DNA of 64,000 nt from Cystobasidiomycetes sp. EMM_F5 (lineage: Eukaryota). Position 1 is the first letter of the stretch. Every line of letters begins with the position of its first letter. Location of the stretch: NCBI GenBank assembly GCA_051047955.1, contig JBPGPT010000010.1, forward strand, positions 434,001 to 498,000, read 5' to 3'. Shown piece after piece: positions 38,165 through 50,208 of this stretch. The notes under the pieces are model-generated. The model was given only the letters and a program-made list of their open reading frames with translations. It was not told the DNA's origin and did not search any database. The translations under genes and the position numbers were made by a program.

Positions 38165-39255
38165 CTTCGCTCTACGACCGTGTTTGTCTCGACTAGAGCA
38201 CAGTGCGCGATGTTATAATTCTCCAATGTTACATAACATCGCACACGCCCTTGCATTTGTGTGTGTTGTGCAACGACATGCCATTGACTACCCTATACGC
38301 ACCCATAAAATGGAAGATTGTACATAGTCGCACATCCTTCTAAAGAGGCTGGAATTGATGAAATCATTGAGAATATTGTCGTCCCTGGCTTCGTCTTGAG
38401 CCCGACGTCTGCGGTAGTGTCGGCCATGACAGGATTGCGCCAGAGATAGCGAATATAATCGGTCACTGGAAAATAGTGAAAGACGCCGACGAATGGGGCT
38501 TGGCGTATCCAGCAGTCATTTGTCTACATTGTCGTGATCGTCGTCGTTGACTGCTTTCGCCATACAAGCGTCCAGACAGCAGGGAATCTTGCGGGGATTG
38601 CACTCCGCCATACTTGTCAGACGCTTGGCAAGCAAGTAGGGAGACTCGGAAGTAGCTGAACGAAGAGGAAGCACATCTTGATCCAATTTGCGCGCGGCAT
38701 ATACTATTTGGCGATGATGGCTTCGAACGCGGCGATGTCTTCCTGACAAAACAGTACGATGACTGAATCACGACTTTAAAGGAGATAATAAAGACAATAC
38801 AGTCAGCTCGAATTCAGCAGCTAGAATGGGTCGTTGAATGTATGGACGCACCCATTCAGGCGGCACCCGGCTCCTCTCGTTACGAATCGTTGTCATCGTC
38901 GGCGCCAGATCCTGCGAGCGACGATAAAGATAACAAAGACGGGCCTCGAGCAGTAGCGTGGCCAGTCTGGCCGTTACAAAGGGAGGAAGAAGGCGACGGA
39001 TGGGAGTCTAAGCAAATCTAGAAGGATCCAGAGGTGGCAGCACGATTTGGGAACGTATCCCGATATTGCCCTCCACCACAAGGGGCTCGAGTTCCGTAAT
39101 TGCACATCTTGCTTGCCCTCATCAAACAACACGCTGATCCAGTTCAAGCTGATGTCGTCCTCACGTTTGTACGTGACACGCCGCAAAGCATTTTGTCACT
39201 TACAGCGACTCTCCGCAATGATGTCGGAATGCTTTGCGTAGTGTGGAAGCAAATA
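38165..39255 (-). other. Unannotated spliced, structured transcript (ncRNA or micropeptide gene)
   Basis: Clear minus-strand splice signals: GTAAGT at 39203 to CAG at 38912; GTGCGT at 38851 with a GCTGAC branch point and a pyrimidine tract; a further pyrimidine tract plus CAG at 38466. There is no long ORF with recognisable homology and there are multiple stems with minus-strand G-U pairs. Ends are approximate. Confidence 0.55.
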
Positions 39256-39527
39256 CAAGCAGGTTTAGTCTTTTAGCGAGTCAGCCATCTCAGTCAGCTC
39301 AATCATTCTTGTCAGTCGTGTCAGTCAATCTCGTTGTTCTTCCCTGGCATTTCAACGCGAAGTCAAGCCATGTCCCCCTTTTTCAATTGTGGCGTAAAGT
39401 GCCTTGAAAGTCACGGCTTGTTGTTGAGACGCATCAGCGAGGCCGACGACGGCAGAGTAACGCTGCTCATGCCAAACATGCTGTCAATGTCTGCACATTG
39501 TCCGTAAATGCACGACATCACGGTCTA

Positions 39528-42406
39528 ATGAGTTCAGCAAAGGCAGCCGGGACACCCTCGAGGCGAACGGGCAGTCTCAACGGTACACCGACCAGCGCAA
39601 CAAAGCAGGCAACAGCACTCGCAAGGACCGCAAGTACTCGTAAACGGCAGTCGCTGCAAGTCGGTGCAGCGGCAGTTGCAGGCAGCTCTACAAATGGACG
39701 CGCTGCCAGTACCAGGCAAAACAAAGGGCTCGCGACCGAGAGCAGTAGTACAGCAGTAGCGCGAGACAGTACTTCGGATATCAACATGAACTTGGATACA
39801 GCTCTGAACGGCTCGCCTGAGTTGGAAAGGCCGCCTATGAGCTCACGAGCGAGCGATATGGACAGCGTTCTGGACGGCTACGCTCAGGACATTCGTCTAT
39901 CAAGCCCTGTTACCGAAGAGGAGCTGTCTAGATTGACCAGAGAACAACTGCTTGCCCTCATCGCTAGAGAGAGGTCAGAGAAGGAGGAGCTGGAAGGGAG
40001 ACTTGTTGTCTTATCGACAGAACATGCCACCTTGACGGATGATCATGCTGGCCTGTCACGCGCACATGCGCTGGCTGACAACAAGCTGCAAACGGCATAC
40101 GATACAGCTTCGAGGCTGGAGGAGCAACTTGCATCCCAGCATGAACAAATGGAAAGCCTCACTTCACGTATGGCGGTGAAGGAGAAAGAACTTCGAGAGT
40201 CTAATCGCAGAAAGAAGGACGAGGTGCGTCGAGTTGACTCTCTAGTCACGTTCCAGGCTGACTTCTGCCCAAACAGCTTGCCGCTATTGAGGAGGAACGA
40301 GCTAGCCTTGTTGACAACGAAGTCGCGCTGCGAAACAGAATATCTGACCTAGAACGCCAATTAGAGGATCGGGCATTGAAGTCTACGATTCCGCCTCTAT
40401 TGGAGGCAGTTGCTTCTCCCTCGTCTGATGTTCAAACGACTGACCGGCCGGTTCATGTGCCTCAGCCATCTCCAGGCTCGACAAGCGGCATCGTCCACAC
40501 AGATCTAGCACTCCAATCCCGTCTCGATAATCTTACTAGGGAGCACGAGCGTGTAATTGCACAAAGTGTCGAACTTCATGCCCAATTGGAGGATCTCCAA
40601 CGTTTGACGAGCGAATTGCAAGAGGAGAATGAAAATTATGAGGCGTTACTATCGGAAAGGATGCTTCACGATATCGGAGCCGTCTCTGCTGCCTCAACAG
40701 CAGCATCTGGTGAACTGCAAGCGCAACAAGCCAGGCCACCTTCGCAAGCGTCATCATCTACAGATAGTAAGTACAAGCGGCATAGCATGGGTAGCAGCAG
40801 GCCTTCAAGCTCCCTGTCGAAATTGGAAGAGGATGCAGAAGAAGGCGATGAAGACCATACGGGCGATACTATAGCCGAAGTGTTGGAAGGCCATGGCGAT
40901 GGGAATGCGCTAAATGGAGCAGTCGGAGCGCGGAACTCCATCATCAGGACACCGAAGTCGTCAGATACTGCTCGTATGTACGACAATACACACCGGAGAA
41001 CAACCAGTAGCAGTAGTATCGGGCGGGGCAGCACGCTCAATTTGGAAGCGGAGCTTGGTAGAGCCGAGCGTAGCGAAGAGGAAAAGGCGAGAGAAGAGCA
41101 AGAAAGGCAGAGGAAACAGGCTATTGCTGCAAGAAGGAAAGCAAACGCTTCCAATCACCTTGGTGGACGAGAAGGAGATCCACTTCCTAGCGACATCGAC
41201 AGCCTGCAAAAGGAAGTGAAGCTACTCAGGCAAGAGAATAAAGGGGTAAGTTTGTGCTTGCAACGCCAAGCTCGTATTACTTCTGACCATACTGCGCTGA
41301 AATGGCAGCTTACGACCTATGTTGGCAAGATTCTCGAGCGCGTTATTGGCTTAGAAGGCTTTGAGAGAGTGCTTGCCGTCGACAAGGATTTGAAAGCGGC
41401 GCCGCCACTGTCCATAGCTGGTGGCTCACCGCCTGAATCTTCCCCTCCAACACTCCCATCGAAGTCATCAATTTGGCAAAGACCAAGCTTCCTGCAGGCA
41501 GCATCCAGCGCGTCCGTGCAATCAAGCGGATTATCCCCAATCTCGCCGACTACGACATTGCCTTTCCAGAATATCAACAAGCAGCTGCCTATTCCGCAGC
41601 TTTCCCAAGCAGATGCGAAAAAGAAGAATCGTATGTCTATGGATTGGATCACTCCGTCCTTTTGGCGTGCTTCGACGGCGGCAGGATCGCAAGCATCTCA
41701 GCCGATCGGTGCAGGCTCATCGAGTACGTTGCCTGTGCCAGGACTGGTACCCACACCTCAGCCTCCCGCGCCAGGACTCAAGCCTATGATGCTTGGTGCT
41801 CGGCCTGCTAGTAACGAGGTAGAAGACGAGGAAGACCAGATTACGCGTGCACGTCTGCAGAGCGAGATGCGCTTACTCGGCCTCGACAACGCCGGCAGCC
41901 CTGTACTACATGCATCAGCATCGATGACCGCAGGTGCTGCTGGTAGCAGATTGAGCGTCGGCCGATCTCCCAGCCAGCGACTGTCAGGCATTTTCGCAGC
42001 CATCACTCCGACCGGCGCTTCTCCTTCGCAGACACTGCCTGTCCCGGTATCAAAGTCAACTATACTCGGGGCTCCAGACGAGAATAGTGGACTTGATCCC
42101 GACCCACCGCTACCTTCTCAGATCACCAGCGGGAGCGAAAGCATTAAGCTGAGACAAGGTCATCGCAAACGGCCTTCTGCAGGGAATCGAGATAGTGCAA
42201 CGGGTGTGACAAGTCAATCCACGTCATACAGTACATCTCCGCGAGGCAGCATCGGATTGGGTCTGACATACAGCAGCGGTGGCTCATCAAGTACAAATGG
42301 GGCGCGCAGCCCCAGCGCAACTTCCGCTAGCGCAAGTGGTGATTCGCCTTCATTGCACCATGACGCAAGAGACAAGCGGTATTCGGCTGAATCTACGGGA
42401 CAGTAG
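39528..42406 (+). CDS. Coiled-coil protein with C-terminal Rab11-FIP-RBD-like motif (conserved fungal hypothetical)
   Basis: Long heptad regions and LRQENKG|LTTYVGKILERVI..EGFERVLAVD. Two introns. Confidence 0.7.
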
Positions 42407-42589
42407 CTATCGTTGTATAACCCGCGAAGCGAAAAGCCAGTAATTTCGTATTTCGCTCATCATCTGTTGTTGTTATACATGACGATGAACTGCGCGACTC
42501 GTCTAGTACACTCATCGTTCGTCAGCTTGTTGTACAGATAATATTGACAACGACACTGGCTGTTGCAGAACTCAGGCGAAAACGGTGAT

Positions 42590-43461
42590 TCAGCTGCCAG
42601 CGCTTGCAGCCATCGTATTCTTTGCGTGTAAACGGATCGTCTCAAACGGTGAGGCAGAGAAGGCCTTGTGGGCTAGTATCGCTGGCAGCCGTTCTCGCTC
42701 TTGTTGTCTGGTAGAGATTTATCAGAGAAGGCATTTCGGGCGCATGCAAGGCCGACAGTACGCACAGCATCTTCTGGCGTTGCTTGCTAGTCAAGGACTT
42801 TCTGCTCGCGCTCGGCGCGGAAGTCTCGTGACTGCCTTTCCTGAGTTGTGCAGGTGCAACTGACTGAACTTGACGTAGTTGTTTCGATGTGGGGACGGCG
42901 GAAACGTCGTCTCGAGCTTCCGGCAACGTCTCATCCAGTGCCGCGCCGACAGCCTCGAGACGAAGACTTTGCTTCTCTTTCCGCTTCATCCTTCGCTGTG
43001 TTGACTTCGAGTAGGGCGAAATTGGCGTAGCGCTGGCAGCCAGGCCTGTTGCGACGTTTCAGTCGAGATTCCGCCCATAGGGAAATAAGGAGCATACGTT
43101 GCATTAACGATTCCCGTTTGTTAGCCTTCTTGTCCTTCTTCCTGACTGGGAGGCTTGCATTTTGCTCGTCCTCGCCAATTTCATTCGTGGACTGGTTGTC
43201 CTCTAGCCCATGAGTCGGCTGTATCGTAAAGCATCAGCTGTCGACTGGATGACATTGATCCCATATGCACAACTGACGATATCCGACATTTCCACACTTG
43301 CATCATGCCCTGAGAAGCCATCTTCTGCATCATCCGTCATTTCGGCATCCTGAATCCTCGCCAAAGGCTTCTCGTGCTTGAGTGTCCGATTCCGACCTGC
43401 GCGAGGCTGTTGTGCACGTCAGTCAGAAAGCGACACCATTCCCATGCAGCAGTCGTACCAT
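42590..43461 (-). CDS. SLX9: Ribosome biogenesis protein Slx9/FAM207-like
   Basis: The spliced model gives M|PRAGRNRTLKHEK...KKDKKANKRESLMQR...RRMKRKEKQSL...QRQKML|QQERERLPAILAHKAFSASPFETIRLHAKNT. The C-terminal PF..IR.H..NT motif is typical of Slx9. Confidence 0.78.
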
Positions 43462-43552
43462 CTCGAGCAGTGGATGTCTGGTCAAACTCCAAGTGGCTCT
43501 TCATCCCCGCATAGTGATAGCGCGTAATACCACGAGCAAGAGTGAATGTCAC

Positions 43553-44770
43553 ATGGCTGCCATAGAGCTGCTAGGTAGTATCGGGCAAGCTACGGCGAAT
43601 CAAGTTGGTTTCTGTTATACCATTCTTTCCTAGCTAATTGTACATCCCTTGCATCAGTTTCTACAGACTGTGCGTTACTACACCGCCCCTCCCGGAAGCA
43701 CCTTCTTCACTCCCCTTGACACTGTCCTGGAAAATTATGACCCCCGCGCTCAAGAAGATAGCACGCTCAACCGAGGTGATGCCATCGAGATACAAGGTCC
43801 GGCTGCTTCGGGCAAAACGCAAATGTTGCAATTCTTTGCCATGACGACCTGTCTACCCAAGTCGTGGACTGCTCCTCTCAGCGTGAGAGGCAGCTCGAGA
43901 CCACCTCGAGAAGAAAATATTGCTATCGGAGGTCGGCAGAAATGTGCAATAGTGCTCGACTGCGACAACAGGTTCAGCATAGAGCGATGCTGTCATCTGG
44001 TAAGATCCCACTTGACGAGACGTGTACAAGAGCATGCGGCTACAATCCCTGCCTTGTACTCCGCTGAGACAGAATCGGCACTTCTACACGAAGAAAGTGT
44101 AAGAGTATTAAAGCGGCTGCACCTCTTCAATCCCACATCCTCGTTGTCGCTGGCGACAACTCTATGCGAGCTGCCTATCTACATTGAGAAGAATTGCACA
44201 GACGAGGTCGTTTTCGTCATGGTAGACAACATTTCCGCATTTTACTGGCAAGATCGCTTCGGAGCTGAGCAAGCACCAAACGGCGCCAAGTCAGCTAGTT
44301 CGACTTCTTACAAGCTTATGCAAGGTACACTTCAAGCGTTACAAGACCTTAGGTCCCGCATTGGCTGTGTCGTGGTCGTGACAAACTGGGCTTTTCCACG
44401 ATCTGGCGATGTTTTACCCACTGTCGACTCGCCATTCTTCCGTCAACATCTGCCGCGCCCATATCCGTCCCCTTTTGCCAGCAGCGCAGAAGTGTCAGCT
44501 TCTAGCCAGTCATTTGATCCAACTCAACCACTACCCGCTCGCGATACGAACTTCAGATTCACCCATCACCTAACGCTGCACACTCCAGCGATAAAAGCTG
44601 TGTCTCGAGACATCACGGTTGAGAATGCGTTAAAGGAGGAACCAATCAGGCAGATGGATCAATTGGAGACAGGAAGTATGGGATTTGTTCGAATGCCAGG
44701 AATCGAAAGCGGTGATCAATTAGGTCAATGGGAGCTGGTAGTAAGAGCCAATGTTGTAGACGGTCTGTAG
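43553..44770 (+). CDS. XRCC2: Rad51 paralogue, XRCC2-like
   Basis: DAIEIQGPAASGKT (Walker A), IVLDCDNRF and VMVDNISAFYWQDR (XRCC2-type Walker B region). Confidence 0.78.
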
Positions 44771-44978
44771 CAAGTTCTTCACGACGGAACGACTTAGTAT
44801 AATTTCGTTGATCAGAAAGGTAGGGAGTCCACCAGCGGGTCTGCATCCAACCAATTGGTGGGAATGCCGATGTCCCTACTGCCGACGCCGCTCAACTTCT
44901 GAAAGCTGTTCTGTGCTCTCTGCGGTGTTCTCTGCGCCTTCGGTAACACATAGCAGGACTTACTGGTGACTGGGCAAG

Positions 44979-46680
44979 ATGGGTGGCGGTAAGTGCAATC
45001 AGTGCGGCCATAGACACTGAGCATGTAGCTAAAATGCACCCATGCACAGGTAACTTGAACCTCAAGAAGAGTTGGGAGCCAAGTCTTATCGTGTAAGTTG
45101 CGTCTGCCCTTGCAGCGAGACCGCACATACTGACCGTAGAGAATCTTACAGCAATCAGACTCGAGTATGGCAGGAAGAGAAGCGAGTCTTGGAGGAGAAG
45201 AAGAAGTTACAGCAGCTGCAGAAGGAGCGTGCGGAAGAGAGGCAGATACAGGAACTACAGCGACTACAGGCTGCTCAAGGCGGCAAGAAGGTGCAGGAGC
45301 GAGTGGAATGGCTTTACGCTGCCCCTTCTGGCGGTACAACAGGAAATAACGAAGAGCTGGAGCAGTACCTACTCGGCAAGAAGACAGTCGATAAGCTGTT
45401 CAAGGAGCAAGACGAGAAGAAGGTAGGCCCATAACGAGCTCCAATGATATCGATACAACAGCTAACCAGCGGTGGAACATCTACAGCTTGCTCAACTGGC
45501 AGCATCTTCCGCACAGACAAGCAACGGCGCTGCCAACGGCGGTGTCAGCGGGTTTACGGCAACAGGCCAGAATGCCAATAATGCTCGGGATCTGGCAGCC
45601 AAGATCAGGGAAGACCCGTTACTGGCCATCAAGCTGCAGGAGCAAGCTGCATATGAAGCTGCAAAGAAGAGATACATCAGAGACGGCAAGATGAAGGGGA
45701 CTCTTTCCGGCAGCGGATCAAACCTCGTACCAGTAAATAGCGAGGAGGAGAGGAAGCGCCGAGAGAAGGAGGAAAAGCGTCGACGAAAGGAGGAACGTCG
45801 TCAGGATCGTGATGATCGAAGAGAGTCCCGCAAACGAGGCAGAGACCGACATGATTATTCCGATGACGAGGCAACCGAACGGAAGTCCCGCCGACGGACA
45901 CGGTCATTGTCGTACGATGATACACGCGACGCAAGAAGCGCCGGTAGGCAAGGCAGTAGACGAAGGAGCGACGAGGACAATAGGGGAAGCCGCTATTATC
46001 GTGAAGACGGTCGAGAACACCGCGACGTTCATACTTCGCGGGATTACCGGGAGGCTACTGACCAGCACGGAAGCTCGCGCGAGAATGGTGCAGATCGACT
46101 ACGCTATAGGTCTGGATCTCCAGGGCGGCATGATGAGGCGCGTCGACGTAGGACGCGATCGCCTGAGCCAAAGCGGTCTTTCGAACCGCCTGTTAGGCGT
46201 TCGAATCACTATGACGAATCGCAAAATGCTCGCAATCGCAGAGACTCTCCAAATCGCTACGAAAGGGATCGGTGCGAAGGAAGCGCTCGCACAAATGGGC
46301 AAGTCAACGGTTATTCGAATGGCCACGCGAACGGGCGAGCAGGTGGGACCCGAACTACTGGCGCAACGACTATTTCTGAGGAGCAAGTAGCAAAGGCTCG
46401 GGAAATGGCTGCTGCTCGCCTTGCCGAAATGCAAGCCGATGCAGCCTCCATAGCGGCTGAACGAGCATCGCGAGTGACCAAGCTCGATGCGGAGGATGCA
46501 ATCCTACGGGAACAGGAAGAGGCAGACAGGAAACGAACTGCTGATGGAAAACTTGGCAAGGGGTCTGGCAGATCTGGGCCAGACTTCTTGCTCGACGAGT
46601 ACCGCAAAGCGGGAGATCAGTCATTAGGGCAAGCGGTGAGAGCCAGAGGTCAGGCTGGCCTTGTACGGGATCGCGATTAG
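44979..46680 (+). CDS. CWC25: Pre-mRNA splicing factor Cwc25
   Basis: MGGG.LNLKKSW.P...NQTRVWQEE...[21 protein letters not shown] and [11 protein letters not shown], followed by an Arg/Ser/Asp-rich tail. Confidence 0.93.
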
Positions 46681-46868
46681 CAGAGAGGGTTGCAATGTTG
46701 TTTTAGTCAATATACTTGCTTTGTTAGGTTTTGCGCAGCGGCTTTTGATGACTATTTCGCAAACGTGAGAACCTGCTTCTCCCGCTAGCGCATGTCAGAA
46801 ACCACTTCATGAAATGCAGCATGACCAACATTACAGCACAATAAGCTACTGAAAGTGCACCAGAGGCA

Positions 46869-49800
46869 ATGGCTTCCAGCGGCACAACTGGCGTCTACGT
46901 CCATGCAAGCCGATACCCTGTCCGGATTTTGCGTCGGCTCGTCACTGCAGCGGGGCCAACAGCAACAACGACGGATCGCGGACAAAAAGGTTACGTGGAG
47001 CGCCTAACTCCGTTGTTTGTCTATGAAGCTGGATACAGACCGCCTGGCAAGTCTGCAACGCCAGATGGCGCTGCTCAGAGTAATGCAACAGCTAGCTCCG
47101 GACAGCCGGGCTTTTCGAGTGCCAAATCAATCAATGCAAAGTCCGCACCAAGTAGTGCTGCCAAAGCTGGTCACTCCTTCGATAATCTCGACGATGAGAA
47201 AGAGATTCTTACATTCGAGAGCCCCGTCGAGGGTACACTGACTGAATGGAACGTTAAAGAGGGCGACATACTGGCAGACCCAGAGTACGTAGCTTGACAA
47301 TGTCATGCGCTTCAAACACTTACTTAAGCGTTTCCAATATCAGCCAACCTATCCTTCGCATTTTGGAACCATGCAAGCACCCCATTCAGCTGATGGGTCT
47401 CTGCGCGGTATGCGGCAAGGACTTGACTAGGTGACTACCTGTCCTGCAGATTCGTCCCTTCGCTGCTGATGTCCAAATCGTTTACTATCAGTGTCGACTA
47501 CACCGGCTTCAGCGAGACATCCCGAGCCAACATCCAAATGACGCATGACAGCTCTCACCTGATGGTATCCATGGAAGAGGCAGCTCGGCTGGAAAAACAG
47601 ACTTCGGAACGTTTACTTCAGGAAAAAAAATTGTCTCTCATTGTGGATCTTGACCAGACAATAATCCATACTGGCGTTGAACCAACAATTGGCGAATGGA
47701 TGAAGGATCCCAAAAATCCAAATCACAGTGTGTTGCAAGACGTGCAGTCATTTCGGCTGATGAACGAAAGGGGCGTCGAAGACGGGACAGTGTACTACGT
47801 CAAGCCCAGGTATGTCCAAAACTTAGTCAAATGGTTCGACACAAGTTGAGGACTATTCTCCATAGGCCCGGGTTCCAAGCCTTCCTCAAGGCATGTTCTG
47901 CTATTTTCGAATGTCATGTGTACACAATGGCTACTCGAGCGTATGCCGAGAACGTATGCCGAATCGTGGACCCGGACGGCAGCATCTTTTCCAACCGAAT
48001 TCTGTCACGCGATGAAAGTGGTAGTTCTGCAATAAAGAGTCTCGAACGTCTCTTTCCTGTGGATCAAAGTATGGTGGTCATAATTGACGACCGTTCTGAT
48101 GTATGGGGCTGGAGTCCGAATCTGGTCAAGGTCATCCCATGTAAGGGGACACGTGTATGTAGTAGAAAGGAAGTGATCTGACACTCTGAGCTGATGCAGA
48201 TGAATTCTTCATCGGTGCGGGAGATATCAACGGCGCATTCCTACCCAAAAATAGGAGTATGCTGCAGCAAGTCAAAGCCCCAACGAGCACAGCTCCTTCT
48301 ACTGTTGTGACGGTTGAGCCTATCGCTGCAAACGATCCGTTAGAAACCGAGAGCGACATCTCGGCGCAAGAACATGAGCAAAATGAAGTACTAGATCATC
48401 AAATTCACGACAAACCACTGGCGAAGTTGCAGGAGATGAAATCTGAAAAAATCATGCTCGATAAAGAAGAGCGTGACAAGGAGCGGTCGTCAAGACAGAA
48501 CTCGACAGTACCGCCCTCCTCGACTAGTTCCGCTGATGGAGCCACAGCTGCTCCCCTCGATCTTTCAGACTCTGTTAGCAAGTCAAACGGATCGGCTTTA
48601 TCAGCCGAAAAGGTGCCGGCCGCTGCAAACACCAATACCAACGGCATCGGCCGCTCCAAATTTGTACCCAAGACGGTTACAAATGATGACAATAGTGACA
48701 GTGATACATCCAGCGACGACGAAAGTGACAATGAAAGCGGTGATGAAGACAACAAGCAAGGGGCGCTGTCGACCATAGCCGCTCAGGCCAGCTCTTTAGC
48801 CACATTGTCTGCCGAAGATAATCGTAGCGGTACCGCTGGTGACAGTAATATTGCAGTGTCGGCAACACGAAAGACCGAATCTTTGCACAGTCTGGATGCA
48901 GAGGAATTATCTGAGGTTGGCGAAAGTGGGGAAATCAACGACAGTGCCGGCCCGGAGGAGGAGGAGGCTGTCTTGCAAGATACCGACAGGGAGCTTGACC
49001 GTGTCCTGGAAGTTCTGCAACAAGTTCATTCACGCTACTACGACGAGTACCGATCATCGTCAGGAGGAGTCTCAGTGAGCTTTTACAACGAAATTGAACT
49101 ACGCTGGCTAAAACACTATCTATCCAGACCATAATACCTGAAATGAAGCGCGAAGTATTGCGGGATTGCAACCTTGTCTTCTCCAGTATTATCCCTTTGG
49201 ATCAGCGACCGGAAAGGTGCGTTTGGCTGCGAGGACGGGACGTCTTCTCTTTCACTGATCCATTCTGGACAGGAGCGAGGTATGGCAGTACGCTCACCAA
49301 TTCGGAGCATCATGTTCGAACGCCCTGCAAAGCCGAACTACCCATTTAGTAGCAGCCAAAGTGAGTCTGTAACGTTTGTGACACGAGTTGGCGTGGCTGA
49401 CCTGTCATATAAGCCTGATACAACGAAAGTACACGCGGCACAACGCCGCAAAGGTGTTTATATCGTTCAACCGTCTTGGCTATACGAATCTGTCGCAACT
49501 TGGCGACGGGCTTCGGAAGCTCAGCATCAGCTCGAAATGCCCGTAAGGGACGACTCAATACCGAGCAATGTTCCATCGCCTAGTTCATTCATGCAACCTC
49601 AGGACCCCGACCCTCCAGACGCTTCAACTTCGTCACACGCTTATGCTAGTCAGACTGAAGATCAAGTAGCTTTAGCGGACGATAACGACCTGGACGCAGA
49701 TCTAAATGACATTGATTGGGGCGACGCTGCAGCGGAAATCAACGCCGCATTGGACGAGACAGATAGTGAAGACGATGGCGCGATGTCTGCTACCATCGAT

Positions 49801-50208
49801 GATCCCGATACGGACCCTGACTCGAGAGCTGCCGGCGCAATGGCGCGCAAGCGGGGTCGATGTGGGAGCGGAGGGCATTCAAATGGGAGGACCACTCCAG
49901 TTGAAAGTCCTCTAGCAAAGCGAAGAAAAGTAGCCGCGGCGAGAGTAGGCAAATCAAAGCTCAAGATGTCGGAATCGATAGATGCGATATCGGACGATGT
50001 TCCGGCCTCGGAGACACTTGACGTGCAAGAAGCAACACATCTGCAGAAGAAGCGTGACCTCAAGACTCCTTCAATCAGCTCTGCGAGCCAAACGAGTAGT
50101 CCGACGCTCCTTACAGGTGAAGGCGGCAGCGGTACTGGAACGGACAACGACGATGATGACGACGATCTGGATGATTTCGCGAAAGCGTTGGAGGGACAAT
50201 TGTCATAA
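46869..50208 (+). CDS. FCP1: RNA polymerase II CTD phosphatase
   Basis: C.HP..L.GLC..CGKD, LSLIVDLDQTIIHT (DxDxT), YYVKPRPG, SRDE, VVIIDDRSDVW and a BRCT domain (THLVAAK...WLYES). Confidence 0.95.

Noticed and set aside
38488..38503. ACGAATGGGGCTT resembling RNase MRP CR-V
   Set aside because: There is no matching GAAAGTCCCC-type CR-I upstream on the plus strand, and the structural bias favours the minus strand.
38760..38896. Short ORF ending W-TCG-TGA, reminiscent of the antizyme +1 frameshift site
   Set aside because: The +1 frame is short and lacks antizyme ORF2 motifs.
38165..39255. Telomerase RNA, or an intron-containing snRNA/U3, as the identity of the hidden locus
   Set aside because: I found no CCCTAA template on the transcribed strand and no U1/U2/U4/U5/U6/U3 signature in spliced or unspliced sequence. 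The box C-like TTGATGA in intron 1 has no downstream CTGA.
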